Below are positions 29,781 through 39,689 of a stretch of DNA of 64,000 bases, piece after piece. The first letter of the stretch is position 1. Every line of letters begins with the position of its first letter. The translations under genes and the position numbers were made by a program. Below the pieces are notes generated by a model. The model searched no databases. It worked only from the letters and a program-made list of their open reading frames with translations, and had not been told where the DNA came from. The DNA comes from an uncultured Mycoplasmatota bacterium (lineage in GTDB: Bacteria; Bacillota_I; Bacilli_A; RF39; UBA660). The stretch spans positions 466-64,465 of the forward strand of contig URDT01000002.1 of the NCBI GenBank assembly GCA_900546745.1, in the 5' to 3' direction.

Positions 29781-30116
29781 CTATTCAATACTATCTTTTT
29801 TCTTGCTAGAAAGATATGTTACTTTTTCAGCAACAACTTCCAATATTTCTTTTTTGGATTCATCTGTATTAATTTTTCTTGATTGAATACGACCTTTTAC
29901 ACCTAATAAATCTCCTTTTTTACAATATTCCACTGTATTTTCAGCAATTCCTTTCCATAATACACAGGATATAAAATCAGTATCATATTCACCATTTACA
30001 TTTTTGAAACTTCTTGGAACTGCCAAGGTAATATTTGTAACTTTGTTTCCATTTTCAGTTTCATTCAACTCAGGATCTTTTATTAATCTTCCTACAATTA
30101 CTGTCTGATTTAACAT
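29781..30116 (-). CDS. ssb: single-stranded DNA-binding protein (short, lacks the long acidic tail)
   Basis: MLNQTVIVGRLIKDPEL..., an OB fold with FISCVLWKG..A. ATG 30116 follows an AAGGAGGG RBS. Confidence 0.85.
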   Translation of the reverse strand: MLNQTVIVGRLIKDPELNETENGNKVTNITLAVPRSFKNVNGEYDTDFISCVLWKGIAENTVEYCKKGDLLGVKGRIQSRKINTDESKKEILEVVAEKVTYLSSKKKDSIE

Positions 30117-30262
30117 TCTAACCCTCCTTTCCAATTACAATATAACCAATAAAAAAATAGAAAACAAATGAATGTTTTCTATTTTTAGATATATTTATTT
30201 TTTAAATTTTATTATTTTATTAACTCAAATTTTAGAATTCAATGTAATAAAATGAACATTTA

Positions 30263-31582
30263 TTAAAAATAGCTTTTTAATAAATTATTTAACTCTACTG
30301 CATACTCCATTGGTAATTCTTCACGGAATCGATCGATAAATCCCATAATGACTAATTCTTTTGCTTTCTCTTCATTTAATCCACGACTCATCAAATAAAA
30401 TAATTTTTCCTGACTTATTTTTGATGTTGTAGCTTCATGATTTAAATCAGAATTTTGATTTTCCACAATATTAGTAGGTATTGTATCACTCTTTGAATTG
30501 TCATCTAATATTAAAGTATCACATTTAATAATACTATTTGAATGTTCTGCTTTTTTAATAATGTGAACTGTTCCTCTATAAGAAGCATTTCCTCCTCCTA
30601 ATGAAACAGATTTATTAATAATATTACTTTTTGTATATGGCGCTAGATGGATCATTTTAGCTCCAGTATCTTGAATTTGATTTTCTTTGGCTACAGCAAT
30701 ACTAATACAATTTCCCTTTGCATATTTTCCATTTAAAATACAACATGGATATTTCATATTAATTTTAGAACCAATATTACCATCAATCCATTCCATTAAT
30801 CCATTTTCTTCAACAATTGCTCTCTTAGTTACTAAATTATAAACATCTCCAGACCAATTTTGGATTGTTGTATATCGACATTTAGCATTCTTCTTCACAT
30901 AAATCTCAACTACTGCTGCATGTAAGGAATCAGAAGTATATGTTGGAGCCGTACAACCTTCCATATAATGAAGTTCACTACCCTCATCTACAATAATGAT
31001 TGTTCTTTCAAACTGCCCCATATTTTTGCTATTAATTCTAAAATAACTTTGAAGAGGGCGATCAATTTTTGTATGAGGTGGAATGTATATAAATGTTCCT
31101 CCACTCCATACAGCACCATTTAAAGCAGTATATTTATTTTCATCATATTTTACTAAATTATTAAAGTATTCTTTGAATAAATCTGGATATTTTTTTAAGG
31201 CAGTATCTGTATCACAAAAGATAACATTCTTATCCATTAACTCTTGAATCATATTATGGTATACAACTTCACTTTCAAATTGTGCTCCCACACCATCTAA
31301 ATATTTTTTTTCAGATTCAATCAATCCTATTTTATCAAAAGTATCTTTTACTTCTTTATCTACTTCATTCCAATTATCTTTTACTTCATCAGCAACTCTT
31401 TTATAAAAATTGATACTATCAAAATCAATGTCTAGTTTTGGTCCAAAGTTAGGATTCTCTAGTTCTATAAATTTATGATAAGATTTCAAACGAAATTCTG
31501 TCATCCATTTTGGTTCCTTTTTTATATTGGAAATTTCTATTACTTTTTCTTCATTTAAAGTCTTACCTTCCATATTCATCAC
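30263..31582 (-). CDS. sufB: Fe-S cluster assembly scaffold SufB
   Basis: KKEPKWMTEFRLKSY N-terminal signature and a SufB/D beta-helix core. Confidence 0.85.
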   Translation of the reverse strand: MMNMEGKTLNEEKVIEISNIKKEPKWMTEFRLKSYHKFIELENPNFGPKLDIDFDSINFYKRVADEVKDNWNEVDKEVKDTFDKIGLIESEKKYLDGVGAQFESEVVYHNMIQELMDKNVIFCDTDTALKKYPDLFKEYFNNLVKYDENKYTALNGAVWSGGTFIYIPPHTKIDRPLQSYFRINSKNMGQFERTIIIVDEGSELHYMEGCTAPTYTSDSLHAAVVEIYVKKNAKCRYTTIQNWSGDVYNLVTKRAIVEENGLMEWIDGNIGSKINMKYPCCILNGKYAKGNCISIAVAKENQIQDTGAKMIHLAPYTKSNIINKSVSLGGGNASYRGTVHIIKKAEHSNSIIKCDTLILDDNSKSDTIPTNIVENQNSDLNHEATTSKISQEKLFYLMSRGLNEEKAKELVIMGFIDRFREELPMEYAVELNNLLKSYF

Positions 31583-31624
31583 CTTTTATATTATACTAAA
31601 ATTTAAAAAATAAAAAAAGTAAAA

Positions 31625-31990
31625 TTACTTTTTTACTTTTACTTTTTGTTTAAATTCATGCTGACTTTGTAATTTTCTTCTCATTTGAATTGCTTTTAGA
31701 TAAAGCATACAAGTTTTTTTATCTGTTAAAATACTATTTGGATATTCTTGCATATGAGAGACATAATCATTTCCTATAACAATTTCTTGATTTTGATCTA
31801 AATATAGAGAATCTTTTTTTCTTTTTAAAATAGGATATTGTTTCCCTGTTTCAATATCAACCATTTTATCTTCATCATAAATTGTATAAATATCTCTTAT
31901 ACTATTTTCATCAATGATATATTTTTTGCTGAAATCCCCTTGTTCAATTCTTTCAAATTGATAAATTGTAGTTGTATATATTTTTTCCAT
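31625..31990 (-). CDS. hypothetical protein between sufU and sufB
   Basis: 121-aa ORF starting 6 nt after the sufU stop. No family recognised. Confidence 0.45.
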   Translation of the reverse strand: MEKIYTTTIYQFERIEQGDFSKKYIIDENSIRDIYTIYDEDKMVDIETGKQYPILKRKKDSLYLDQNQEIVIGNDYVSHMQEYPNSILTDKKTCMLYLKAIQMRRKLQSQHEFKQKVKVKK

Positions 31991-31995
31991 ATCGA

Positions 31996-32421
31996 TTACT
32001 TCCTTACTTGATTAATTACTTTTTCTAGTCCCCACCATGGTAATAATGCACATTTCTTACGATTGGCTTGTTTATAAATATCATCATAAACAATTGCTTC
32101 TTCCAAGATATCACCATCATATTCTTTTTCATCAATCATATTTTTAAAATTATTTAAAACATTAATTGCTTCATCAATTGTTTTACCAATAATAGTATGA
32201 ATCATGATAGAAGTAGAACTTGTGCAGATAGCACATGCTTCCCCATCAAATCTAGCATCTTTTATAATTCCATTTTCTACTTTTACCATTAAGTTAATTT
32301 CGTCAATACAAGATTCATTATTGGTATTAACTAATATATAATCCCCATCATCAATTAAACCTTTATTTACTGGATTACTGTAATGTTCTAAAATAATGCT
32401 TCTTTTTAAATTAGAATCCAT
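31996..32421 (-). CDS. sufU: SufU/IscU-type Fe-S assembly / sulfur-acceptor protein
   Basis: NPVNKG, CIDEINL, GEACAICTSS, KCALLPW conserved Cys motifs. Start MDSNLKRS is preferred. Confidence 0.8.
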   Translation of the reverse strand: MDSNLKRSIILEHYSNPVNKGLIDDGDYILVNTNNESCIDEINLMVKVENGIIKDARFDGEACAICTSSTSIMIHTIIGKTIDEAINVLNNFKNMIDEKEYDGDILEEAIVYDDIYKQANRKKCALLPWWGLEKVINQVRK

Positions 32422-32484
32422 AGTGTCATCTCCTAATAAAAACTTCATATAGTATAACACTACATGAAGCATTTTTCAATACTA

Positions 32485-33024
32485 CTAATAATTCTCTTTT
32501 TTGATTTCGAAATAACTTTGTGGATGATTACATACAGGACAAACTTCTGGAGCTGATTTTCCAATTACAATATGTCCACAATTACGGCATTGCCAAATAG
32601 AATCTCCATCTTTTGTAAATACTAATTTATCTTCAACATTCTTAAGTAATTTACGGTATCTTTCTTCATGTTCTTTTTCAATTTTACCTACTTCTTTAAA
32701 TAAGAATGCAATATGATCGAATCCTTCTTCCTCAGCTGTTTTAGCAAAACTGTCATACATATCAGTCCATTCATAGTTTTCCCCATTCGCAGCATCTAAT
32801 AAGTTTTCTTCTGTTGAAGGAATAGCACCATTATGTAATAATTTAAACCACATTTTAGCATGTTCTTTTTCATTTTGAGCAGTTTCTTCAAAAATTGAAG
32901 CAATTTGTTCATACCCATCTTTTTTTGCTTTACTAGCATAAAAAGTATATTTATTTCTGGCTTGACTTTCTCCTGCAAAAGCAGTCATTAAATTTTGTTC
33001 CGTTTTACTTCCTTTTAATTCCAT
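32485..33024 (-). CDS. rbr: rubrerythrin
   Basis: Ferritin-like ExxH diiron motifs (EKEH twice) plus a C-terminal rubredoxin CRNCG...CPVC. Confidence 0.9.
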   Translation of the reverse strand: MELKGSKTEQNLMTAFAGESQARNKYTFYASKAKKDGYEQIASIFEETAQNEKEHAKMWFKLLHNGAIPSTEENLLDAANGENYEWTDMYDSFAKTAEEEGFDHIAFLFKEVGKIEKEHEERYRKLLKNVEDKLVFTKDGDSIWQCRNCGHIVIGKSAPEVCPVCNHPQSYFEIKKENY

Positions 33025-33026
33025 CT

Positions 33027-33392
33027 TTATTCTCCTTCTTTTAAACAGTTTTTACAAATACCTGTCATATTAATTTCATAATCCATTACTACATTTCCAT
33101 TAATTATTTTATCTATCTTATACTCCTGATAAATATCTATAATATTACCACATTTTGTACAAATAAAGTGAAAATGTTTTTGATTCATATTATCGAAATG
33201 ATTTATTTCTTTTCCTTTTATTTGTATAATTTTTTTGTTTTCTAATAAAACATTTAGGTTTCTATATACTGTTCCTAAACTAATATTAGGGAGTTCTTTT
33301 TTAGCTTCTTCATAAACTTCAAAAGCTGTTGGATGAGTATTACTATGATTTATAATATTCAATATTAATTCTTTTTGTTTTGTATTTCTCAT
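33027..33392 (-). CDS. perR: Fur family transcriptional regulator (PerR-like)
   Basis: [16 protein letters not shown] w[12 protein letters not shown]...CKNC structural Zn site. It lies directly upstream of rbr. Confidence 0.8.
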   Translation of the reverse strand: MRNTKQKELILNIINHSNTHPTAFEVYEEAKKELPNISLGTVYRNLNVLLENKKIIQIKGKEINHFDNMNQKHFHFICTKCGNIIDIYQEYKIDKIINGNVVMDYEINMTGICKNCLKEGE

Positions 33393-33467
33393 AGTTTCTC
33401 CTTAATAGTAACGATTACTAATTAAATTATAACACAATTTATATAAAAAAGCAACTAAAAAAGAAGC

Positions 33468-33728
33468 CTAAATAGCTTCCACAATTAATTTGATAGCAGT
33501 TCTTTCTTCTCCATCAATTACAATATCTGTAAATGCTGGAATACATACTAAATTTTTACCACTCGGTGCGACAAAACCTCTTGCAATAGCAATTGCTTTT
33601 ATTGCTTGATTCAGTGCTCCAGCCCCTATTGCTTGTATTTCTACAGAACCTTTTTCGCGAAATACATTTGCTAAAGCTCCTGCAACGCTATTTGGATTAG
33701 ATTTTGATGAAACTTTAAGTGTTTCCAT
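33468..33728 (-). CDS. spoVS: stage V sporulation protein S
   Basis: 86 aa: LKVSSKSNPNSVAGALANVFRE...QAIGAGALNQAIKAIAIARGF, matching SpoVS over its full length. Confidence 0.9.
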   Translation of the reverse strand: METLKVSSKSNPNSVAGALANVFREKGSVEIQAIGAGALNQAIKAIAIARGFVAPSGKNLVCIPAFTDIVIDGEERTAIKLIVEAI

Positions 33729-33785
33729 ATTTATTAAATCATTCCTTTCTACATTAAAATATATGAATTAACAAAAAAAAAATGC

Positions 33786-34862
33786 CTAAGCATTCTTTTT
33801 AATCATTAAATTATAAATCATTTTATCAAAATTATATAATTGAGTTAATTTATCATTAAGAAGCAAATCACAAGCCTTTTTTGTAAGCTTATTCATTTGT
33901 TGAATTTCATTATAGATTAATTCTGTTTTTTCATTATTTAATATTTTTTTTACTTCCTGTATTCTTTTATCTTGCATAAGATTATTAAAATATAAAACAA
34001 TTTCTTTTTTAGACAATTTTGTTTTTGTAAGATCACTGAACAAAATTGACAATTTTTCTATCATACGCATTGCCGCAATTTTTTTATATGTTTTTCGATC
34101 TTTCATAGAAAATTCTTTTGTGGATAGAAGTAAATTATAATATGCATAAATTGTATCATCTATTTTTTTCTTCACTTCTTCTTCTATTTTTTTTCTAGAT
34201 TGATAACTATGATTTGTATTATAAATATATAATTCATCTGGAATAAACAATATTGATTTCATTTGAGTATAAATTTTTAAATTACAAGCTAAATCTTCAC
34301 AATAATTTAAATTTTGATCTATTTCAGATATATTTTCTAATAATTCTTTTTTTATCAATTGTTTACAAATTGGATTGCAATAATTTGTACGATATAACAA
34401 ATCAAAAAATTGTGGTTCTAAATGTTCAACATCCATTAAAACATCACGATTCAAATTTGTTTTTGGAACGATAATTCGGTCATTTAAACATTTTCGATAT
34501 TGACAGCGTACTACATCAGCATCATATTCTTTTAAACGATCATACATGATTTGGATCATGTCTTTTTGAATCCAATCATCACTATCAACAAACATAATAT
34601 ATTTACCTTTAGCTTTTTTGTAACCTGCTAGTCTAGATTGATAAATTCCCTTATTTTCTTTTTTTTCTATGATTTTAATTCTTCGATCACGTTCTGCAAT
34701 TCTATGGATTTTATTAGAACTTTTATCTGTTGATCCATCGTTAACAACGATGACTTCTAATTTTTCATACGTTTGTTTTAAAATTGAATTTAAGCATTTT
34801 GTGATATATTGTTCCGTATTATAAACTAGAACAATTACACTAATCAGCTCTCCATTTTTCAT
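33786..34862 (-). CDS. family 2 glycosyltransferase
   Basis: ISVIVLVYNTEQYITKCLNSILKQTY..LEVIVVNDGSTD, DSDD motif. ATG 34862 follows an AAGAGGTG RBS. Confidence 0.8.
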   Translation of the reverse strand: MKNGELISVIVLVYNTEQYITKCLNSILKQTYEKLEVIVVNDGSTDKSSNKIHRIAERDRRIKIIEKKENKGIYQSRLAGYKKAKGKYIMFVDSDDWIQKDMIQIMYDRLKEYDADVVRCQYRKCLNDRIIVPKTNLNRDVLMDVEHLEPQFFDLLYRTNYCNPICKQLIKKELLENISEIDQNLNYCEDLACNLKIYTQMKSILFIPDELYIYNTNHSYQSRKKIEEEVKKKIDDTIYAYYNLLLSTKEFSMKDRKTYKKIAAMRMIEKLSILFSDLTKTKLSKKEIVLYFNNLMQDKRIQEVKKILNNEKTELIYNEIQQMNKLTKKACDLLLNDKLTQLYNFDKMIYNLMIKKNA

Positions 34863-34925
34863 ACAACACCTCTTTTTGACTGTTTCAGTCAAGTATTCAC
34901 TATTATACTGATTAATTTTATTTTG

Positions 34926-35579
34926 TCAAATTGAAAGATAAATCCAAGGTATAATGAATGAGGAAACAAAATTAATTACAATATGAAATAATATATTAGC
35001 TTTCATAGTTCTTTCTTTTAAATAAAACCTATTTAAGAAAATTCCTACAATAAAGGCATATAGAATTGAAAATATATTACCATGCATTATAGCAAATAAG
35101 AGTGTTGTTAAGTAAATTGATTTTTTTTCGCTATTAAATTCTAACAATTGATTAAATACAATTCCTCTAAATAAATATTCCTCTAAAATGGGGCCTATAA
35201 AAATGGTATTAATTAATAAGTAAATATTTAAATTTGCAGTCATTTCTACATTTAAGAATATTTTAATAATTAAAATTATTTCATTTAAAAAAGAAGAAAT
35301 TAATATGGCTATCAAAATAATAAAAATAGGATGTTTTAGTTTTTCTGTATAATTATTTTGATAATGCTGATATTTGTGATAAAAAAAAGGTAAAAAAATT
35401 ACTATATTTAAAATTCCTATAATATAGGAGTTTTCATTAATAAAATCACTAAAATTATCTAATGAATGATATTGACTATATAAAATTTCTACCAATAGCA
35501 ACAATAAAAATTGACCAATCCAAAATAGGACTGGCCAAACTAATATTTTTAAATATTTCGAAAAATTTTTATTTTTCAT
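34926..35579 (-). CDS. CPBP family intramembrane glutamic endopeptidase (CAAX protease-like)
   Basis: EEYLFRG, FAIMH and HIVINF motifs in a polytopic membrane protein. Confidence 0.8.
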   Translation of the reverse strand: MKNKNFSKYLKILVWPVLFWIGQFLLLLLVEILYSQYHSLDNFSDFINENSYIIGILNIVIFLPFFYHKYQHYQNNYTEKLKHPIFIILIAILISSFLNEIILIIKIFLNVEMTANLNIYLLINTIFIGPILEEYLFRGIVFNQLLEFNSEKKSIYLTTLLFAIMHGNIFSILYAFIVGIFLNRFYLKERTMKANILFHIVINFVSSFIIPWIYLSI

Positions 35580-36465
35580 TTTTATTATTTGTCATCATTT
35601 CTTTTATTGTAGTTCCAATTGTCGCTATATTTTGTAAATCAGATGGAACAATAATTTTTGTTGCTTGACCATTCGATAAATTTTCTAATGCTTCAAATCC
35701 TTTTAATGTTAATACTGAACTATCTGCTTTTGCTTCTTTTAATAATTTAATTCCTTCTGATTCAGCTTTTTTTATTTTTAATAAAGCTTCTGCTTCACCT
35801 TCAGCAATTCTAATTTGTGATTCTTTTTTTGCTTCTGCTCTTAAAATAGCACTTTCTTTTTCACCTTCAGCAATTAAAATACTAGATTTCTTCTCACCTT
35901 CTGCCTGAAGAATTTTTTCTCTTCTTTCTCTTTCGGCACGCATTTGTTTTTCCATTGCTTCTTGAATATCTCTTGGCGGAATAATATTTTTAACTTCTAC
36001 TCTATTTACTTTAATTCCCCATGGATCTGTTGCTTCATCTAGAATAGAACGCATTTTAGAATTAATGATATCTCTTGAAGTTAATGTTTGATCTAATTCT
36101 AAATCACCAATTAAGTTACGAAGTGTAGTAGCCGTTAAATTTTCAATCGCATTAATAGGCATTTCTACACCATAAGTATATAACTTAGGATCCGTAATTT
36201 GAAAATAAACAACAGTATCAATTTGCATTGTTACATTATCCTTTGTAATTACAGGTTGTGGAGCAAAATCTTTTACAATTTCCTTTAAAGTCACTACATT
36301 AGAAATACGATCTACAAAAGGAATCTTTACATGTAAACCATTTGTCCAAGTAGTGTAATATGATCCCAATCTTTCAATTACGTACGCTTTTGCTTGAGGT
36401 ACTACCTTTATATTAGGAAGTACAATTACTACAATTAAAATTAATAAAATTATTAAAATGTCCAA
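35569..36465 (-). CDS. SPFH/band 7 (stomatin-like) protein
   Basis: N-terminal TM helix, SPFH core, and a C-terminal Ala/Glu-rich coiled coil (AEGEKKS..AEGEKES..AEGEAEAL). Confidence 0.85.
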   Translation of the reverse strand: MDILIILLILIVVIVLPNIKVVPQAKAYVIERLGSYYTTWTNGLHVKIPFVDRISNVVTLKEIVKDFAPQPVITKDNVTMQIDTVVYFQITDPKLYTYGVEMPINAIENLTATTLRNLIGDLELDQTLTSRDIINSKMRSILDEATDPWGIKVNRVEVKNIIPPRDIQEAMEKQMRAERERREKILQAEGEKKSSILIAEGEKESAILRAEAKKESQIRIAEGEAEALLKIKKAESEGIKLLKEAKADSSVLTLKGFEALENLSNGQATKIIVPSDLQNIATIGTTIKEMMTNNKNEK

Positions 36466-36467
36466 AA

Positions 36468-36881
36468 TTACTCCTCCTCTACTTTAATTTTTGAACTATT
36501 TATTTCAAGTACTTTTACCGTACTATCCACCTTTATTTTTTTATCAGCATAAGCTGTCCATACTTTTCCGTCTACTTTAACAGCACCGTTATTATTCCTA
36601 TTAATTTCTTCCACTACAATTCCATTCATACCGATAATACGATCTAAATTGGTTTTAACATTTTTAGTATTGAGAAAAGTTTGTAAAAATTGTCTTGTGG
36701 TAATTAATAAAAATGTTCCTAGTAATGTAAATACAGCAAATTGAATTGTAAAATTATCAATAAAGAATGATAAAATAAGGGCAACTATACCACTTGCTAC
36801 ATACCAAATTGTTACTAAATTTATGGTCATAGCTTCTGCTATTGCTAACAAAATGATGATTGCTAACCAAATATAAAACAT
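36468..36881 (-). CDS. NfeD family membrane protein
   Basis: Three or four TM helices plus a C-terminal OB-fold (GAVKVDGKVWTAYADKKI). Classic NfeD-SPFH pairing. Confidence 0.8.
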   Translation of the reverse strand: MFYIWLAIIILLAIAEAMTINLVTIWYVASGIVALILSFFIDNFTIQFAVFTLLGTFLLITTRQFLQTFLNTKNVKTNLDRIIGMNGIVVEEINRNNNGAVKVDGKVWTAYADKKIKVDSTVKVLEINSSKIKVEEE

Positions 36882-36948
36882 TTTCCATCACCTATTTACA
36901 TTATACTATTTGAAGTATTATAATACAACAAAAAAATAAGCAATTTGC

Positions 36949-38046
36949 TTATTTTGTTTTTCCTTTAGAAAAAGCATATTCATCTGTTTCTACTATGTTT
37001 AAAGCTTGGAATCCACTTACAATACTATTTAATGATTTTATTGTAGAGTCTTTTTTCTCTATTTCTAATCTTAAAGCAGCATTTTCTTTTTCTTTAGCAG
37101 CTATAGAATCATTTAAACCATTAATTGCACTAGCTTGTTCTTTAATAGTAGCATCTTGATTTTGAACCATTTTTTCTGATTTATCCAAATTTGCTTGTAA
37201 CATACTATTTTTACTTTGGGTATTTGCTAAATCTTTTTGTAAGCCTATAACTAAATTATTTGCTTGTGCATAAATTAAATCAAAACTTTTACTGTAAAAA
37301 TCAGACTCTTCATTTCTTGAATTCTTAACATATGAAGCAATTAAATTTGATAAATCTGTTTGAAATTGATCATCTATTTTTTTCTTATCTTGTTCATGTT
37401 GTTTTTTTAGTTCAATAATCTCACTTTGTGTTGGATCTTCATTTTTTAATGTTTCTTGTGGTATAGGTTTTATTTCTTCTTGAGTTTCTTCCGAATTTAA
37501 GTTAGGTTGTTCTGCTGTTGGTTCTGTGTCTTCATTCATTGCTTCTCTATCAGCATAACTTTCTAAAGATTGTTCAATTTTTTGTTGATTAATTTCTACA
37601 TCAGGAATATCTTTTGTAGTTTCTGCTGCTGGCTCAGTTTCAACACCAGGAATATCTTTTGTGATTTCTACTGGTTTAGTTTCAACACTAGCATTTAATT
37701 CATCCAATTTTGCTTGAGCTTGATTAGCCTTATTTTGCGCCTCTTCTTTTTTTTCATTTAAATTGTTAAGTTCTAAAGCAGATTGATGTGCTAATTCTTC
37801 TGAATAGTTATCTGAAATTGCAAAGTTATCACTTGTTTCATCAATTTTTTTATCTATTTTTTCATATTTTTTTAAATTAAAGTCTCTTTTCCAAGTGTAG
37901 TATGCTTTTTTTATAGAAAATAGTATTCCTGTATTTGCTTTGCTACGATTTGCATCTTCTACACGAACTGACTCTAAGTCGTCATCATTTTCTGGAATTG
38001 CCATTTCTGATGCTAAAATAGATTCTAATTTAGATCTCATACTCAT
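36949..38046 (-). CDS. coiled-coil protein, unknown function
   Basis: Glu/Lys/Gln-rich heptad-like sequence. ATG 38046 follows an AAGGGAGAG RBS; the TTG at 38073 is rejected. Confidence 0.5.
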   Translation of the reverse strand: MSMRSKLESILASEMAIPENDDDLESVRVEDANRSKANTGILFSIKKAYYTWKRDFNLKKYEKIDKKIDETSDNFAISDNYSEELAHQSALELNNLNEKKEEAQNKANQAQAKLDELNASVETKPVEITKDIPGVETEPAAETTKDIPDVEINQQKIEQSLESYADREAMNEDTEPTAEQPNLNSEETQEEIKPIPQETLKNEDPTQSEIIELKKQHEQDKKKIDDQFQTDLSNLIASYVKNSRNEESDFYSKSFDLIYAQANNLVIGLQKDLANTQSKNSMLQANLDKSEKMVQNQDATIKEQASAINGLNDSIAAKEKENAALRLEIEKKDSTIKSLNSIVSGFQALNIVETDEYAFSKGKTK

Positions 38047-38050
38047 AATA

Positions 38051-38317
38051 CTATTCTCTCCCTTCTTTAACAACTTTATTCATAATTTGTTTTACTTTAG
38101 TCCAATCCTCTGGAGCAATTTTCTTAAATACTGTTTCTGTTCCTTCTTTTTCTACTAAAGAAGAATATAAAATAACCATACCATTTTCATCAGTTTCATT
38201 TAAAGTATAGATGACAAATTTTTTATTATCAAAACTAAAATATAGTACTACCTCTGCTTCTTTTGTAATGCCATCTTTATCTTTAATTTGAATTTTTTTT
38301 GTTTCTAATTCTTCCAT
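38051..38317 (-). CDS. DUF1292-like small protein
   Basis: 88 aa with an ITI.DEDG..E.EV...F....KEY...T-like pattern (IQIKDKDGITKEAEVVLYFSFDNKKFVIYTL). Confidence 0.5.
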   Translation of the reverse strand: MEELETKKIQIKDKDGITKEAEVVLYFSFDNKKFVIYTLNETDENGMVILYSSLVEKEGTETVFKKIAPEDWTKVKQIMNKVVKEGRE

Positions 38318-38401
38318 TCTTTAGCCTCCCACTATACTACATTGTATTATATCATAGTTAATAACTAATGGCAAATGTTTTTTTAAATAAAAAGAAATTC
38401 C

Positions 38402-38641
38402 TTATTTGTGAGGAATTTCTTTTATCTTAGTATATTTTCTTTCTACATCTTTTGTTTTTTCTTCAAAAGGTATCTCTTTTATTTTGATATATTTTCTTTC
38501 CATTATTTCTGAATCAAATGAATCATCACTTTGTTCTTTTAATTCTTCGTTTCTTTTTACTCTATTTAAATAAATCTTTAAAGCTCCTAATCCTATTAAT
38601 GCTCCTGATAGATACATCAATTTTTTATGATTTTTTTTCAT
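38402..38641 (-). CDS. small membrane-anchored protein with an internal 13-aa repeat
   Basis: N-terminal TM helix; ERKYIKIKEIPFE / ERKYTKIKEIPHK repeat. Confidence 0.4.
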   Translation of the reverse strand: MKKNHKKLMYLSGALIGLGALKIYLNRVKRNEELKEQSDDSFDSEIMERKYIKIKEIPFEEKTKDVERKYTKIKEIPHK

Positions 38642-38715
38642 ATAAGCCTCCTTATCTAACTTTCGTTAGACAAGATGTATTATAGTTCTATAATGTGTTT
38701 CTGTCAAATTGATAA

Positions 38716-39678
38716 TTAGTTAATAGAAGTTCTATTTACATATAATTTATAACCATTAAAATCAATATTACTATAACTAGTATCCTCATCTTCTAAACTA
38801 GTAATATAACTATCTCCAGTTAATTTTATAGTAGAATCTTTACTTAATTTTAATGAAATTTCTTTAGCACTATTATCTCCATTAATAGTACCTTCATAAT
38901 ATGATTTTGATAAATTCATCTCTAAAGTAGAAATAGAATCTACCACGATATTTCCAATTGCTGTTTGATTTGTCATATTAAATGTTACTTCTCTACCATT
39001 TGATCCTGTATTTCCCCAAGAATCTTTTTGAATTCTTAAAAGATTACCACTAGAATCATTGTTTGTAATAAAATTGTTTTCTAAGTTAATGATTGCTTTT
39101 GTATTTGTAACATAAAAAGTATCTCCATTATTTGTTGTTATAGAACTATTTTTTGCTGTGAATGTAGCACTTCCATCAGCAGCATCTCCACTCATTGATT
39201 GATATAAAAATATATTTTTATATGTTGTGGATTGTCCATTTAGTTTGGTATTACTATCAATTAATGTTGAATTTTCTATGGTTACTGAATTTTTTCCTTC
39301 TATTACAATTTCCTCGGAAGCCTTGGAAACGAGCTTTGCATTTTTTACTGTAATATTGGCAGTTGAATAAATAGTTGGAGAACCTTGCCCTGTTGTTGTA
39401 TAGGTTCCGCCATCAACATTAACAGTTCCACCACCTCTATCTGTTCTAATTGCAGCACTTGAAGTCCCTGCTGTTTGAATAATTAAATTAGAAGCATTCA
39501 TAATTCCTCCACCAGTAGTCATAATTCCTCCCGAATTGTCTTTCATAGTAGTAATGGAAGAATCACTAATTGTAATACTTGTTCCATCGCTAGAGGAATT
39601 ATTTGTAGTAGCACTTCCACCATAACTAAATATACCATTAGCTCCTGTATCATCAGTTGTAACAGTAATATTATTCAT
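38716..39678 (-). pseudogene. parallel beta-helix-like secreted protein, probably 5'-truncated by the adjacent IS relic
   Basis: Repetitive N/T/S/G-rich beta-strand repeats (ITVxNAxL, VTIENSTL, FTAKNSSIT). No signal peptide. The ORF is closed by a stop 6 codons upstream of its ATG, at the IS junction. Confidence 0.5.
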
Positions 39679-39689
39679 GGAATTATTTA

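Noticed and set aside
38402-38520. Internal ERKY(I/T)KIKEIP repeat in the 79-aa protein
   Set aside because: It is real but only two 13-aa copies in a tiny protein, which gives too little information to interpret.
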